A DNA stretch of 63,658 bases, filler included, from Octopus bimaculoides (Eukaryota), in assembly GCF_001194135.2 (NCBI RefSeq). It is 10 parts of 10 records of this genome, joined end to end, with 100 filler letters (N's around TTAATTAATTAA, not from the genome) between each part and the next. Parts side by side here need not be neighbours in the genome. Positions count along the whole stretch, not along the records: positions 47,933 to 55,656 come from NC_068986.1; positions 55,757 to 58,073 come from NC_069004.1; positions 58,174 to 60,043 come from NW_026424963.1; positions 60,144 to 61,871 come from NW_026364672.1; positions 61,972 to 63,658 come from NW_026379521.1; 5 more parts are not named here. One strand, given 5' to 3'. A program made the position numbers and the translations under genes. The notes under the pieces are model-generated. The model worked only from the letters and a program-made list of their open reading frames with translations. It did not search any database and was not told where the DNA came from. How positions within the stretch are numbered: position 1 is the stretch's first letter; each line of letters begins with the position of its first letter. Positions 51,848-63,658 of this stretch are shown piece by piece.

Positions 51848-52890
51848 NNNNNNNNNNNNNNNNNNNNNNNNNNNNNNNNNNNNNNNNNNNNNNNNNNNNN
51901 NNNNNNNNNNNNNNNNNNNNNNNNNNNNNNNNNNNNNNNNNNNNNNNNNNNNNNNNNNNNNNNNNNNNNNNNNNNNNNNNNNNNNNNNNNNNNNNNNNNN
52001 NNNNNNNNNNNNNNNNNNNNNNNNNNNNNNNNNNNNNNNNNNNNNNNNNNNNNNNNNNNNNNNNNNNNNNNNNNNNNNNNNNNNNNNNNNNNNNNNNNNN
52101 NNNNNNNNNNNNNNNNNNNNNNNNNNNNNNNNNNNNNNNNNNNNNNNNNNNNNNNNNNNNNNNNNNNNNNNNNNNNNNNNNNNNNNNNNNNNNNNNNNNN
52201 NNNNNNNNNNNNNNNNNNNNNNNNNNNNNNNNNNNNNNNNNNNNNNNNNNNNNNNNNNNNNNNNNNNNNNNNNNNNNNNNNNNNNNNNNNNNNNNNNNNN
52301 NNNNNNNNNNNNNNNNNNNNNNNNNNNNNNNNNNNNNNNNNNNNNNNNNNNNNNNNNNNNNNNNNNNNNNNNNNNNNNNNNNNNNNNNNNNNNNNNNNNN
52401 NNNNNNNNNNNNNNNNNNNNNNNNNNNNNNNNNNNNNNNNNNNNNNNNNNNNNNNNNNNNNNNNNNNNNNNNNNNNNNNNNNNNNNNNNNNNNNNNNNNN
52501 NNNNNNNNNNNNNNNNNNNNNNNNNNNNNNNNNNNNNNNNNNNNNNNNNNNNNNNNNNNNNNNNNNNNNNNNNNNNNNNNNNNNNNNNNNNNNNNNNNNN
52601 NNNNNNNNNNNNNNNNNNNNNNNNNNNNNNNNNNNNNNNNNNNNNNNNNNNNNNNNNNNNNNNNNNNNNNNNNNNNNNNNNNNNNNNNNNNNNNNNNNNN
52701 NNNNNNNNNNNNNNNNNNNNNNNNNNNNNNNNNNNNNNNNNNNNNNNNNNNNNNNNNNNNNNNNNNNNNNNNNNNNNNNNNNNNNNNNNNNNNNNNNNNN
52801 NNNNNNNNNNNNCCTGTTCAACTAAAACCCTTCAAGGTGGTGCCCCAACATGGCCGCAGTCGAATGACTGAAACAAGTGAAAAGTAAAAG
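51570..52890 (+). mobile_element. SINE family B whose internal (GT)n spans a gap; head contains a triplicated 16-mer
   Basis: ctgtatggttaagaaa three times, then caggttcagttccgcttcgtagcactttgtgcatgtgtcttctgctatagcctc; tail caacatggccgcagtcgaatgactgaaacaag after the gap. Confidence 0.7.
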
Positions 52891-53729
52891 ATATTTAAAG
52901 CGATTCAACGTCGATGAGTCGTATATTTGTTTCATTCAAGAAGCTGTCTTCTACGATGTAAAAAAAAAAAAAAAACAAACATTAAAATGGTAAAATTCCA
53001 TAATAATGGAGGAGACATTCCATCTATTCATAGAGCAACAAAAAAAAGAAAAAAAGAAAGAAAAAGGAAAACGGTGGCGTTTGAAATTCAAAGGTGTCCA
53101 CCGTTCATCTGCAGAAACACACACACACTAAAAGAAGAAAAAAAATGTCTTTTTCCCTGATATGAAGATAAATGCGATTAAAATAAACAGCACACAATTG
53201 TTATGTAAAGGGTTGAAATATTCCTGATATCTAGTGGTGTTAAATTATGACGCTTCAAGCGACCACCATTCATGTTTAAATATTTTAACAACTATCTCCA
53301 TAATCTTCTTTTCCGAATTTCTCTTTTCTGCTTTCTTTTTTTCTGTTTTTTTCTATCCTCCTGATTAGCAGTGTTGTATTTTGATTGGTTAACGTCTGCA
53401 TTATGGATAATTGGTTGTTTACATATGGCTGAGTAACTTTATGTAAATATATATTTATATTTGTACATGTATATATATATGTGTCTTTTTGCTTGTGCAT
53501 ACATCTCTCTCTCACTCTCTCTCTACGTCTATGTATGTGTTGATGCATATTTTTCTAAATATTCGTATTGCATAGCTGTTTTTGGTATTGGTTGCTAGGA
53601 ATATTATTTATTTAATATCCTAGCTACTTGATACATTACTATTCCCGTTGTTATTATTTCTCAAACCAATCAAACCTAATCAAAGCACACCATTAACATC
53701 GTTATCGATCTCCTCCTATAATATCAATA

Positions 53730-53866
53730 TTTTCTCTTAAATTCCCTCTTTTTCCTCTTTCTTTTTCTTGCTTTTTTTGCTTTTGTTTTTTTCGTTTTTT
53801 TTTCCTTCTGTCGTCATTAACGTTGTTTTCTTATCATGTCGTTTATTTTGCAACCCACTCTTTCTT

Positions 53867-53906
<40 letters not shown>

Positions 53907-54869
53907 TTTCTAGTGTTTGCATTTGTTTCATTTTAAATATTTACCACTTATCTTCTGTCGTTCAAATACACTAAATGGACAAAGAAGAAGAAGAAGAAGA
54001 AGAAGAAGAAGAAGAAGAAGAAGAAGAAGAAGAAGAAGAAGAAGAAGAAGAAGAAGAAGAAGAAATAAACAATTATTACATCAGCTTTAAAAACCATAAC
54101 AACAACAAAGTCTATCAACAGCAACAACAAAAACAACATTTAGAATCGCAACGCCTACAACACGAACAACAGTAAACAGCTATAGCTCTTTCTGTTTTGT
54201 TTTTTTTGTTTTGTTTTTCTTTCGAAATTGTAATGACGAAAGCATTTTTGAAGAAGAAACGAAAAAAAAAAAAAAATAAATAAATAAATAAATAAAATTA
54301 TTGAAAGAACAACAACAACAACAACAACAACAACAGCAGTGGCAACAGCAACAGCAGCATAAACAACAACGACAACAACAACAACAACAACAACAACACC
54401 CACTTCTACTGCTACATCAGCATGGCAATAGCCAGAACAACAATAAAATTACAAACAGCGAAAACAATGCTATGATAATTACTACTTCTTCAATAGCAGC
54501 AGCAGTTACAACAACAACAACAAATACTACTACTACTACTACTACTACCACTACCACTACTACGGTAAAATCAACAAGAGCGCTAACAGCAGCAGCAGCA
54601 GCAAAAACAACAGTTGAATCAACAACAAGAGCGCAACAACAAGAAAAACAGCAACAACAACAAAAAAAACACAGGAGAACCGACGACAACAACAATGCTA
54701 AGAACAATATTATAAAACAAGAGAAAAAAAAGAAACAGAAAACTAAAACAATTGCAGAAATGAACGATGAGAAATTCATTAAACACCAACTAAAAAAAAA
54801 AAAAAAAAAAAAAAAAANNNNNNNNNNGGATGAGGTGGAAGAGTAGGAGACAGCAGCAACAGTAGCAGC

Positions 54870-54934
<65 letters not shown>

Positions 54935-55010
54935 AGCTGAGTGCTATTGTTGCTGTTGGTACGGATGTTGTTGGTGATGTTGTTGTTGTTGCTGTGGGTG
55001 GTGGTGGTAG
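53730..55010. repeat. Low-complexity trinucleotide tract: (GAA)n, (CAA)n, (CAG)n, (ACT)n, (TAG)n
   Basis: Direct reading, e.g. (GAA) 53983-54064 and (GTA) 54871-54933. Confidence 0.9.
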
Positions 55011-55425
55011 CGGTTAATTGTGTATTTCGATGATTGGAAGCCGATACGAAAGAAGAGGTCAGTGAAGAGTAAGAAAGAAAAAGAGAACGACACGGAGAAA
55101 GAGAGAACAGGATGTGAAAAAAAAAAGACAGGAAGTGGGGATTACGATAAAAAGAATTGCGTAAATATAGGGGTTAGGGAAAATTACTTCACCTTTTCTC
55201 ATTCCTATTTGTAACTCTTTTTTTTTTTGCGGACAATTTATACCGGGCAAGGACTGCACATGCTTAGCCTTTGCATGAGTGATAAGGGTTGGGCAGAAAA
55301 TATTCAGCTTGATCTACAAAGTGTTTGGCGAGTAAGAAAACAAAAGCGAACGAGACAGATATACCAAGAAGCTACTCTTTGTCGAAGAGGAACGTAGTGG
55401 GCGTTAAAGCAAAGTTTATACATGC

Positions 55426-55461
<36 letters not shown>

Positions 55462-55531
55462 ATTATTATGATAGACCGTTGACTGAACACTATTCAATTT
55501 TTTTCTCCGTGTTTTTCTCCTTGTCTCCGTA

Positions 55532-55570
55532 TTCTTTCTGTTGAAGAGCGTAGCTCGAAACGTCAAAGAA
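55532..55570 (+). ncRNA. Minimal type I hammerhead ribozyme motif with A6U core variant
   Basis: Stem I UUCUUU 55532-55537 / AAAGAA 55565-55570; core CUGUUGA 55538-55544; extra A; stem II GAGC-gua-GCUC; GAAA 55557-55560; palindromic ACGU; GUC triplet (cut after 55564). Confidence 0.6.
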
Positions 55571-55756
55571 AAGACTTTCCGTATTCCCGAGCGTCATACT
55601 AATATATACTTTTGTTATTTACACCACCTGTCCTCGTCTGTTGTTATTATTTGTATNNNNNNNNNNNNNNNNNNNNNNNNNNNNNNNNNNNNNNNNNNNN
55701 TTAATTAATTAANNNNNNNNNNNNNNNNNNNNNNNNNNNNNNNNNNNNNNNNNNNN

Positions 55757-55796
<40 letters not shown>

Positions 55797-56648
55797 CTTG
55801 TTTAAATCATTTGCTCCAAATATGAATTTGTAAAAAACAAAAATTAGCATGAGTTCTTATGCATTTTTACTTCGACGCTGGTACGAAGAAAGCTTTTTCA
55901 TTCCTGCTCTAAACGGTCGTTTGATCTGCTTGAAATAGAAACCAAATCTCTCTCATAAGCTGACACTACTGTCTTAAATACACGGACACATCAGAAAATG
56001 CAAGTCTTAGATATATTTAAAATGAAAAAGACAGAACCAAGTACCTTTAGTTGACCTTGGCTAAACAATAATAATAAAAAAAGTAAACTACACTACGACC
56101 ATCTTTAAGAAGATCCACCGATCCATACGTAATTTTAGCCATATATATATGTGCACCCCGCCATACACATTGTACATATATTATAAATATTTATTCATAT
56201 ACACACATATGTATATATGAATACACATCTGTATATGTATATATAGAAATCAGAAGTGCTTTCTAAAAAAATATATGGCTCGTTAAGATGATGGAACATT
56301 TAAAAAGCTTCCAAAAAATTACTACAGAGATCGAGTTTCTTTCAGACGATTCACCATTCCTTCATCGATAAGCGATACTGATTGGAAATGTTTGCAGAGG
56401 CATATCAATATTTAAAACAGAAATCTTATGTTACGGTCGGCTTTCATTCGAAACCTCAACCACACAGCAGTAAATCTCAAGAATTAAACGTAGTACCTAC
56501 ATGTTCACGACGACTGGGAGCAAAATGAATACACGCGTTAACTGTCCAAATATATATATATGCATCCATATACATATACACATATAAATGCTTGAATACA
56601 CCGTTATACCTTCATGTACTCATAGACACAACCAGCAGACACACAGAC

Positions 56649-56694
<46 letters not shown>

Positions 56695-56707
56695 ACATGC
56701 GCATGTG

Positions 56708-56764
<57 letters not shown>

Positions 56765-57153
56765 GTCTATCTGTCTGTCTGTCTTTCTATCTATCTAGAT
56801 TCCAATCGAAGGCCGCCAGTCGGTCTGTCTATGTCAGGATTAAAAATCAGGAAGGAAAACTACAAATAGCCAGAGACTAGGATAAAGAATAAGAAGGGCC
56901 AAACACGATGAATTAGACATAATGTGAGAGGGTGAACCAGAAAGGCAGACACACACACACACATACATACATACATACATACATACATACATACATACAT
57001 ACATACATACATAGACATGCATGCATATACATGCATACATACAAACATACATACATACATTCATACATATATAAATATATACATACATATATGTATGCTT
57101 CCAATAAAATATATGACTAGCTTCAGCAGTGACAATTCTCTTTTCTCTCCTCC

Positions 57154-57255
<102 letters not shown>

Positions 57256-59077
57256 ACACATATTCATTCACACATGCACACATATATATAGACGTTTATA
57301 AAGGTACACATATGCAGGAACATACAATCACACAATATATGTGTGTGTGTGTGAAAGAGAGAGAAAGAGGCAAAGAGAGAGAGAGACACAGAGAGAGAGA
57401 GAGACAAGGGCGAGAGAGTGATATATAGATAGATATAGTGAGTTAAATAGATAAGTGGTAAGAGAGGGGAAAAAATAGACACATATACGAGTGGACAGGG
57501 AATTGGTAAGAGAGAGCGAGGAGGAGAGAGTGAGAAGCAACAGAACGAGAAAGAAAGAGAGAGAGAGAGAGAAAGAAAGAGAGAGGGAGAGAGCCGAAGG
57601 TGAGAAGGTGTGTGTGTGGAGGGGGAGGGTATTAATTGACGTCACAAATACCGTCAGAGCTGCTATAGGTTGGTTGTCAGCTCCATTCTGGTAACATCGG
57701 CTGCAAATACATTTCTTCTGCAATGGTTTAGGTTTTACAGTCGCCCAGCATCTTTTTTCCTTCAGGCTTGTCCTCTCTCACAATTAACCACTGCTCTCTG
57801 TTTGGCATACAAGGCCTCTTCAGAGTCTGTTATGTATGTATGTATGTATGTATGTATGTATGCATGTATGAGTCTACGTATGTATGTATGTATGTAGGCA
57901 AACTTGTGTGGTCAAAGCCTTACCAATGATATTTGGTAGGCGGAAGCTATACGTGTATATGTGCATTCATAAGAACGCGTGCGCGCGTGCACGCACACAC
58001 ATACACACACACACACACGCACAGATATAAATGTATTGTGTGTTTGCATGCGTGTATGAATATATATATATATNNNNNNNNNNNNNNNNNNNNNNNNNNN
58101 NNNNNNNNNNNNNNNNNTTAATTAATTAANNNNNNNNNNNNNNNNNNNNNNNNNNNNNNNNNNNNNNNNNNNNAAAAGTAAAGATTATTGGCCACACAGT
58201 CAAGAAGATAAATCAGGAGTGGGGAAAATCCCACCCGCAGGCGCATTTGTGCCTGTGAACAGATTCTATTGCGGCTGAAATATTCCTATGTACAAAATAT
58301 AATAAATTTTTCAATTATAAAATTTATACAACATTCAAATTCCTATTTGCGACAGGTTGCATTTCCACTACAACATGAAACGGTTAGACTCAAACAGTAA
58401 TTGTTTCATTTGAATAGAAATTTTGTTTTCACTATAAAACACATACTGCTAGGTTTGTACCACCCCCTTGAGACCCAATTACACTCCAGCTGAAAAATAT
58501 AGAATGCCTCATAAGTAATATAATAAATGTCCTAAATTCAGTGGTGGTGTTAATAAAGACGTTACGCATTAATTTAATATGTTAAACTTATCTTTATTAA
58601 CATATATCAAATTATACATAGATATATACAAGATTTACACAGATAGAAGAGTTAGAACTTGTGGTTTGCCCATGGACCTTTTCGTTGGAAATNNNNNNNN
58701 NNATACATAGATATATACAAGATTTACACAGATAGAAGAGTTAGAACTTGTGGTTTGCCCATGGACCTTTTCGTTGGAAATTTTTGCCCGGTGCAACAAA
58801 AATTTCCCCACCCTGAGATAAATGATTGAGAAGAGAGAGAGACAGATAGAAAAAGAGACAGGCAATAATAAACACATTAACAAGCAGGACTGTGAGACAA
58901 GGGGACAGACAGACAAACTGAGGGAGTAGTAGTAGTAGTAGAGCTGTGAGAGCAGAACAGGTTTCTCACTTTCGAGAATCTGCATGACTATTTTGAATTG
59001 AGATGAGGAGGGAAGGATCACTAGGAATCTCATAGAAAGAGATAAGAATAGTGGTGAGGAGAGGTTAGAGTTGGCCT

Positions 59078-59518
59078 TCAAAGTATAGGAATGAGTGGTT
59101 TAAAGGGAAGAAAAGGGTGGGACAGTTGGAGGAGGTGGCCAGGGTGTATGAGGGTGAGTGGTGATGAAAGGGTGAAGAAATGGAAATACGGCTTCTCTCG
59201 TGTATGAGTATGTTTGTGACTAGTGAGATCCTCATTTCTAGTCAATGATGCACCACAGATATCACAGTGATATGGTTTTTCTCCTGCAGGAGTAGAGATG
59301 TGTCTGGTTAAGTCAACATTACCAGTGAATGATTTACCACAGATATCACAGTGATATGGCTTTGCTCTTGTATGAATATATTTGTGTGTAGTCAACTGAT
59401 TGCTAGTATAGAACAATTTACCACAGACACGGCAGTCATGTGGCTTCTCTCCTGTATGAATACGTTTATTATTAATGAGACCATCATTTCTAGAGAATGA
59501 TTTACCATAGATATCACA
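59078..59518 (-). pseudogene. Four more in-frame zinc fingers downstream of the TAG (two degenerate, two intact)
   Basis: CDIYGK...NKRIH (Cys and His lost), CRVCGK...HKYIH, CDICGK...HISTP (His lost) and CDICGA...HKHTH, then unrelated sequence to a stop at 59078. Same frame as the upstream ORF. Confidence 0.75.
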
Positions 59519-60043
59519 CTATTGCTTCTCTCCTGTATGGATAGGTTTGTGTTTAATGAGACCATCATTTCTAGAGAATGATTCACCACAGATATCGCAG
59601 TGATATGGTTTTTTTCCTGTATGAATACGGAGGTGTCTGGTTAAGTCACCAGTAGCTCGGAATGATTTACCACAGATATCACAAGTATGGGGCCTCTCAC
59701 CTGTATGAATATATTTGTGTCTAGTCAAGTCATTACTTCTAGAGAATGATTTACCACAGATATCACAAGAATAGGGCCTCTCTCCTGTATGACTACGTAT
59801 GTGGACGCTTAAGCTTGCAAACTGAGAGAATGATTTACGACAGATATCACAAGAATAGGGTTTCTCTCCTGTATGACTACGTCTGTGGGTATTTAAGCTT
59901 CCTTTAAGAGTGAATGATTTACCACAAACGTCACACTGATATGGTTTCTGTTGCATATGAACATATTTGTGTGCAGTCAACACACTACTTGTAGAGAATG
60001 ATTTACCACAGATATTACAAGGATAGGGCTTCTCTCCTGTATG
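59519..60043 (-). CDS. C2H2 zinc-finger protein, 3' part (six intact fingers; 5' end lost in gap at 60044)
   Basis: Open from the gap edge: [29 protein letters not shown] followed by five further CxxC-x12-HxxxH fingers with TGE(K/R)P-type linkers, ending TGEKQ-TAG at 59521-59519. Confidence 0.85.
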   Translation of the reverse strand, partial: HTGEKPYPCNICGKSFSTSSVLTAHKYVHMQQKPYQCDVCGKSFTLKGSLNTHRRSHTGEKPYSCDICRKSFSQFASLSVHIRSHTGERPYSCDICGKSFSRSNDLTRHKYIHTGERPHTCDICGKSFRATGDLTRHLRIHTGKKPYHCDICGESFSRNDGLIKHKPIHTGEKQ

Positions 60044-61554
60044 NNNNNNNNNNNNNNNNNNNNNNNNNNNNNNNNNNNNNNNNNNNNTTAATTAATTAAN
60101 NNNNNNNNNNNNNNNNNNNNNNNNNNNNNNNNNNNNNNNNNNNTATATATATATATTTATGTATGTATTTTCAGACAATGAGGCAATAAAACGGGAGACT
60201 TAGCTGTTATTTCCAGCAGCCGCAACACCCTTCACTTTCGCTAACCTAGTAGTCGTAGTAGTAATGTTTAACCCCGAGTCAGGCCTGGCTGAGCAGAACT
60301 ACGATCACAGCACTTTGCAAACGTGATCAGCCCGATTCTTTCTTCACCTTTAGGCATTGTCTATCTTGGCGGCGGCGGCAACGCGAGTGGAAGCCATGAG
60401 GAAGGGGTCGGCTGCTATTTCTAGCAGATCGAGCCACCATGTACACAGTCTCGTTCAGTGCAGTGGTGGTAGTAGTAATAGTAGAGATAACAATAGTGGT
60501 AGGAGTAGTAGTAGTGGTGGTGATGGTGCCATTGATGGTAGTAGTAACAGTAGACAACAACAGCGGTATAGCTGGGGTGGTGGTAGTAGTAGAGAAAGAA
60601 ATAACAGTAGCAACAGTGATGTACGGTAGTAGTAGTAATAGTAGAGATAACATAATGGTAGGAGGAACAGTTGACAACAACAGCGGTATAGCAGGGGTGG
60701 TGGTAGTAGTAGAGAAAGAAATAACAGTAGCAACAGTGATGTACGGTGGTAATAGTAATAGTAGAGGTAGAAAGAGTGGTAGGAGGAACAGTAAGCTCTG
60801 TGTTACGACGTCAGACATATCTGTTGTGTCTCACTGAGAGAGGGGAGGAGGAGGAGAGACTGAAAGCTGGAGGTGGCGGCGGGGGTTGTCGTAGGGAGGT
60901 TGCATAGTGGTAATGGTGATGACGGTGGTGGCGAAAGGTGAAGGGGGGAGGAGGGATAGCGGTAACAGTGATGGTGGTGCTGAAAATGATGCTGGTGATG
61001 ATGTTAGCGTCTGTGGGAGAAGGAAGGGGAGGGTGGTAGTAGTAGTAGTGCAGACAGTAGGCTGATAGTAGTAACAGTAGTGGTGGTGGTGGTATTTATA
61101 CATGGAATACNNNNNNNNNNAGGGTGGTAGTAGTAGTAGTGCAGACAGTAGGCTGATAGTAGTAACAGTAGTGGTGGTGGTGGTATTTATACATGGAATA
61201 CGATGCTGACATTTTAGATGATGATGATGCTGATGCTGATGGCGGCAGGGGTGGCGATGGTGACGACGACGATGGCGGCGGAAGCTTTTTTTGTTTGTTT
61301 TACGACGTGGAACATTCTGGAACAGAATTAAATGGGGGAAAAAACTGATATTTTTGATGATGATGATGATGATGATGATAGCGATGACGCTGTAGTAGTA
61401 GTAGTTGTAGCAGTAGTAGTAATAGTTGCAGTGGTGGCGGTAACAGACAACAGACTGACAGTAGTAGTGGTGGTGGTGGTGGTACTTTTACGCCATGGAA
61501 TTCTAGAAACTCGTCTGACGATGACGATGATGATGATGGCGGTGGTGGTGGTGA

Positions 61555-61871
61555 TGGTTTAGCCGCAGGTCAGTCCCGATCTGGCAGCGAGACCCACGAT
61601 CAAAGATGTTCCATCTGTGACCATCCCATCTATTATTGAGACATAGTGTATCTAGGACTACATCATCTAATGTGCCGCAGGGAGCCCAGAACCACATTAT
61701 CGAAATTGTATAGAATTAGTGGCTATAGTTGTTGTTTAACCCCAGGTCAGTCCTGATCCAGACCTATGATCAAAGATGTTCCAGATGTGACCATCCCATC
61801 TTTTATTCAGGCATAGTGTATCTAAGACTACATTTTATCTAATGTACAGGGAGCCCAGAACCACATTGTCT
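61555..61871. repeat. Two tandem copies of a dispersed repeat also seen degraded at about 2040-2100, 36240-36400 and 44890-44960
   Basis: caggtcagtcc(c/t)gatc...gatcaaagatgttcca...gtgaccatcccatct...catagtgtatctag(g/a)actaca...ggagcccagaaccacatt occurs at about 61567 and 61743. Confidence 0.7.
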
Positions 61872-62251
61872 NNNNNNNNNNNNNNNNNNNNNNNNNNNNN
61901 NNNNNNNNNNNNNNNTTAATTAATTAANNNNNNNNNNNNNNNNNNNNNNNNNNNNNNNNNNNNNNNNNNNNAAGGACTCATAAAGCAGAATCTACTATGG
62001 AACTGTCATTATCGAATAAAGTTTTAATATCTAAACTACAGATTTATGATATAGAGGCACGCTCACAAAAGGCATGCACACACAAACGTACACGCAATCA
62101 TACACAGACACACACGTACATATTTACGTATACCTATAGCCATACATAAATACGTACGGGAGAAGAAATGAGACAGATCTGAGTATATGCACAATACTTT
62201 ATTTGTCAGTGATTTATCACATTTGAACGAAAATTCATATATACGTGCGAG

Positions 62252-62298
<47 letters not shown>

Positions 62299-63658
62299 NN
62301 NNNNNNNNNNNNNNNNNNNNNNNNNNNNNNNNNNNNNNNNNNNNNNNNNNNNNNNNNNNNNNNNNNNNNNNNNNNNNNNNNNNNNNNNNNNNNNNNNNNN
62401 NNNNNNNNNNNNNNNNNNNNNNNNNNNNNNNNNNNNNNNNNNNNNNNNNNNNNNNNNNNNNNNNNNNNNNNNNNNNNNNNNNNNNNNNNNNNNNNNNNNN
62501 NNNNNNNNNNNNNNNNNNNNNNNNNNNNNNNNNNNNNNNNNNNNNNNNNNNNNNNNNNNNNNNNNNNNNNNNNNNNNNNNNNNNNNNNNNNNNNNNNNNN
62601 NNNNNNNNNNNNNNNNNNNNNNNNNNNNNNNNNNNNNNNNNNNNNNNNNNNNNNNNNNNNNNNNNNNTGTGTGTGTGTGTGTGTGTGTAAACTGTATTTA
62701 GATTTTCTGTTTTTGTTATTTCTTAAGATCCTGCTCATGATAGAAACATTGAGAAAAAGATTGTTAGGACAGCCTCATGAGAATTTTATTAGCGCTGCGG
62801 GTGGAAAAATCATAGTTGTTCAATAATTGCTAGAAATACTCAGGACGCCTGCTGCATGTATTTGGGGTGTTAAGTATTTTATAGGTTTGACATTTTTTTG
62901 TTTATTTACTCTTTAAGCATTAATGATGAAACAAATCATTATCTAATCAACTATTAGATAGGTGGAGGAGAAAATACAGAGATATTTATGAATTGTACTT
63001 ATTTAAAAATGGACTAAATTGCAATTTATTTAAAATTAATTCAATATGATCTGAAATATTTATTCTTTAAAATCCATTAAATATGACAAGCGTAGCTATG
63101 TGGTAAGGAGCTATATAGGTACAGGATGTCACAAAAGTAAACAACATGAAATACGAGAACAAATGAGTTCAATACACAAACAACGAGAGAAACAAATGGA
63201 AAACGGGACAAGTAACATAAAGAACGACACTTCATCAGTTGTCGGCTGTCCATCTATACCTCGTTTTGAGTATTGACCGACAACATGAGTTTTTAAAAGC
63301 AGTTGCTCCAACAAAGGCCAGAGTAAAATTTGGGATTTATGGAGGGTCAAAGCTGGTAACAAAAACAGAACAGTTGAGACATACAAGGAAACCTAACGAA
63401 AACAAACATGGAGGGTCATTAGACCAGACGAAGGTTAAATAGCTGACGCTGGAGAAACATTTTCTTTGACAAGAGAAAAGATAGAAGAGAGAGAGAGATA
63501 GGATACATGCAGTCATTACGACAAACCTGAAGGAAAAGAAAGATGATCACGTCAGGAAAAGAAAATAATCACGTGAGGAAAAGAAAGATGGACGATAGTT
63601 ACGTATGAGCAACGGGAGAGAGTAAGGGAGAAAGAGGGAGAGAGAGAGAGAGAGAGAG

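Noticed and set aside
54301-54846. Poly-Q/poly-T ORF of 181 aa
   Set aside because: Translation of adjacent trinucleotide microsatellites with non-ATG start, A-runs and no splice or domain support.
58614-58781. Exact ~79-bp direct repeat flanking a 10-N gap (likewise 61030-61110 / 61121-61201)
   Set aside because: Identical sequence on either side of a minimal gap is the signature of unmerged overlapping contig ends.
60327-60837. Mucin-like Thr/Val-rich ORFs with a ~120-bp tandem duplication
   Set aside because: GTA/GTG low-complexity sequence open on both strands; no evidence linking it to the zinc-finger ORF.
63225-63250. CUGAUGAAG on the minus strand resembling a third hammerhead
   Set aside because: No stem II followed by GAAA, and no cleavage triplet or stem I partner.

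Overview
AT-rich, gap-ridden animal genomic DNA with the repeat landscape of an octopus (inferred from [16 protein letters not shown]-type C2H2 arrays, tRNA-derived SINEs and dense microsatellites). Three host-gene pieces are supported: a complete single-coding-exon NKY-type neuropeptide precursor (4882-5238, -), the first coding exon of a secreted AA15-type lytic polysaccharide monooxygenase with its His1 copper ligand (45580-45768, +; later exons not found), and the 3' part of a C2H2 zinc-finger array (59078-60043, -) interrupted by an in-frame TAG. The rest is three SINE families, R4/Dong-like LINE pieces, a Penelope GIY-YIG remnant, a DD36E Tc1-like transposon, a pogo/Tc2-like end and a ~345-bp foldback element. 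Two minimal hammerhead ribozyme motifs (17115-17164 and 55532-55570) share an extra A after the CUGANGA core. The most unusual structure is a ~14.5-kb CpG-dense tetranucleotide-phased satellite (17803-32319) that reverses strand polarity at least 15 times at short palindromic hinges and carries higher-order duplications in both orientations. All analysis was by eye, so boundaries of degraded elements are approximate.
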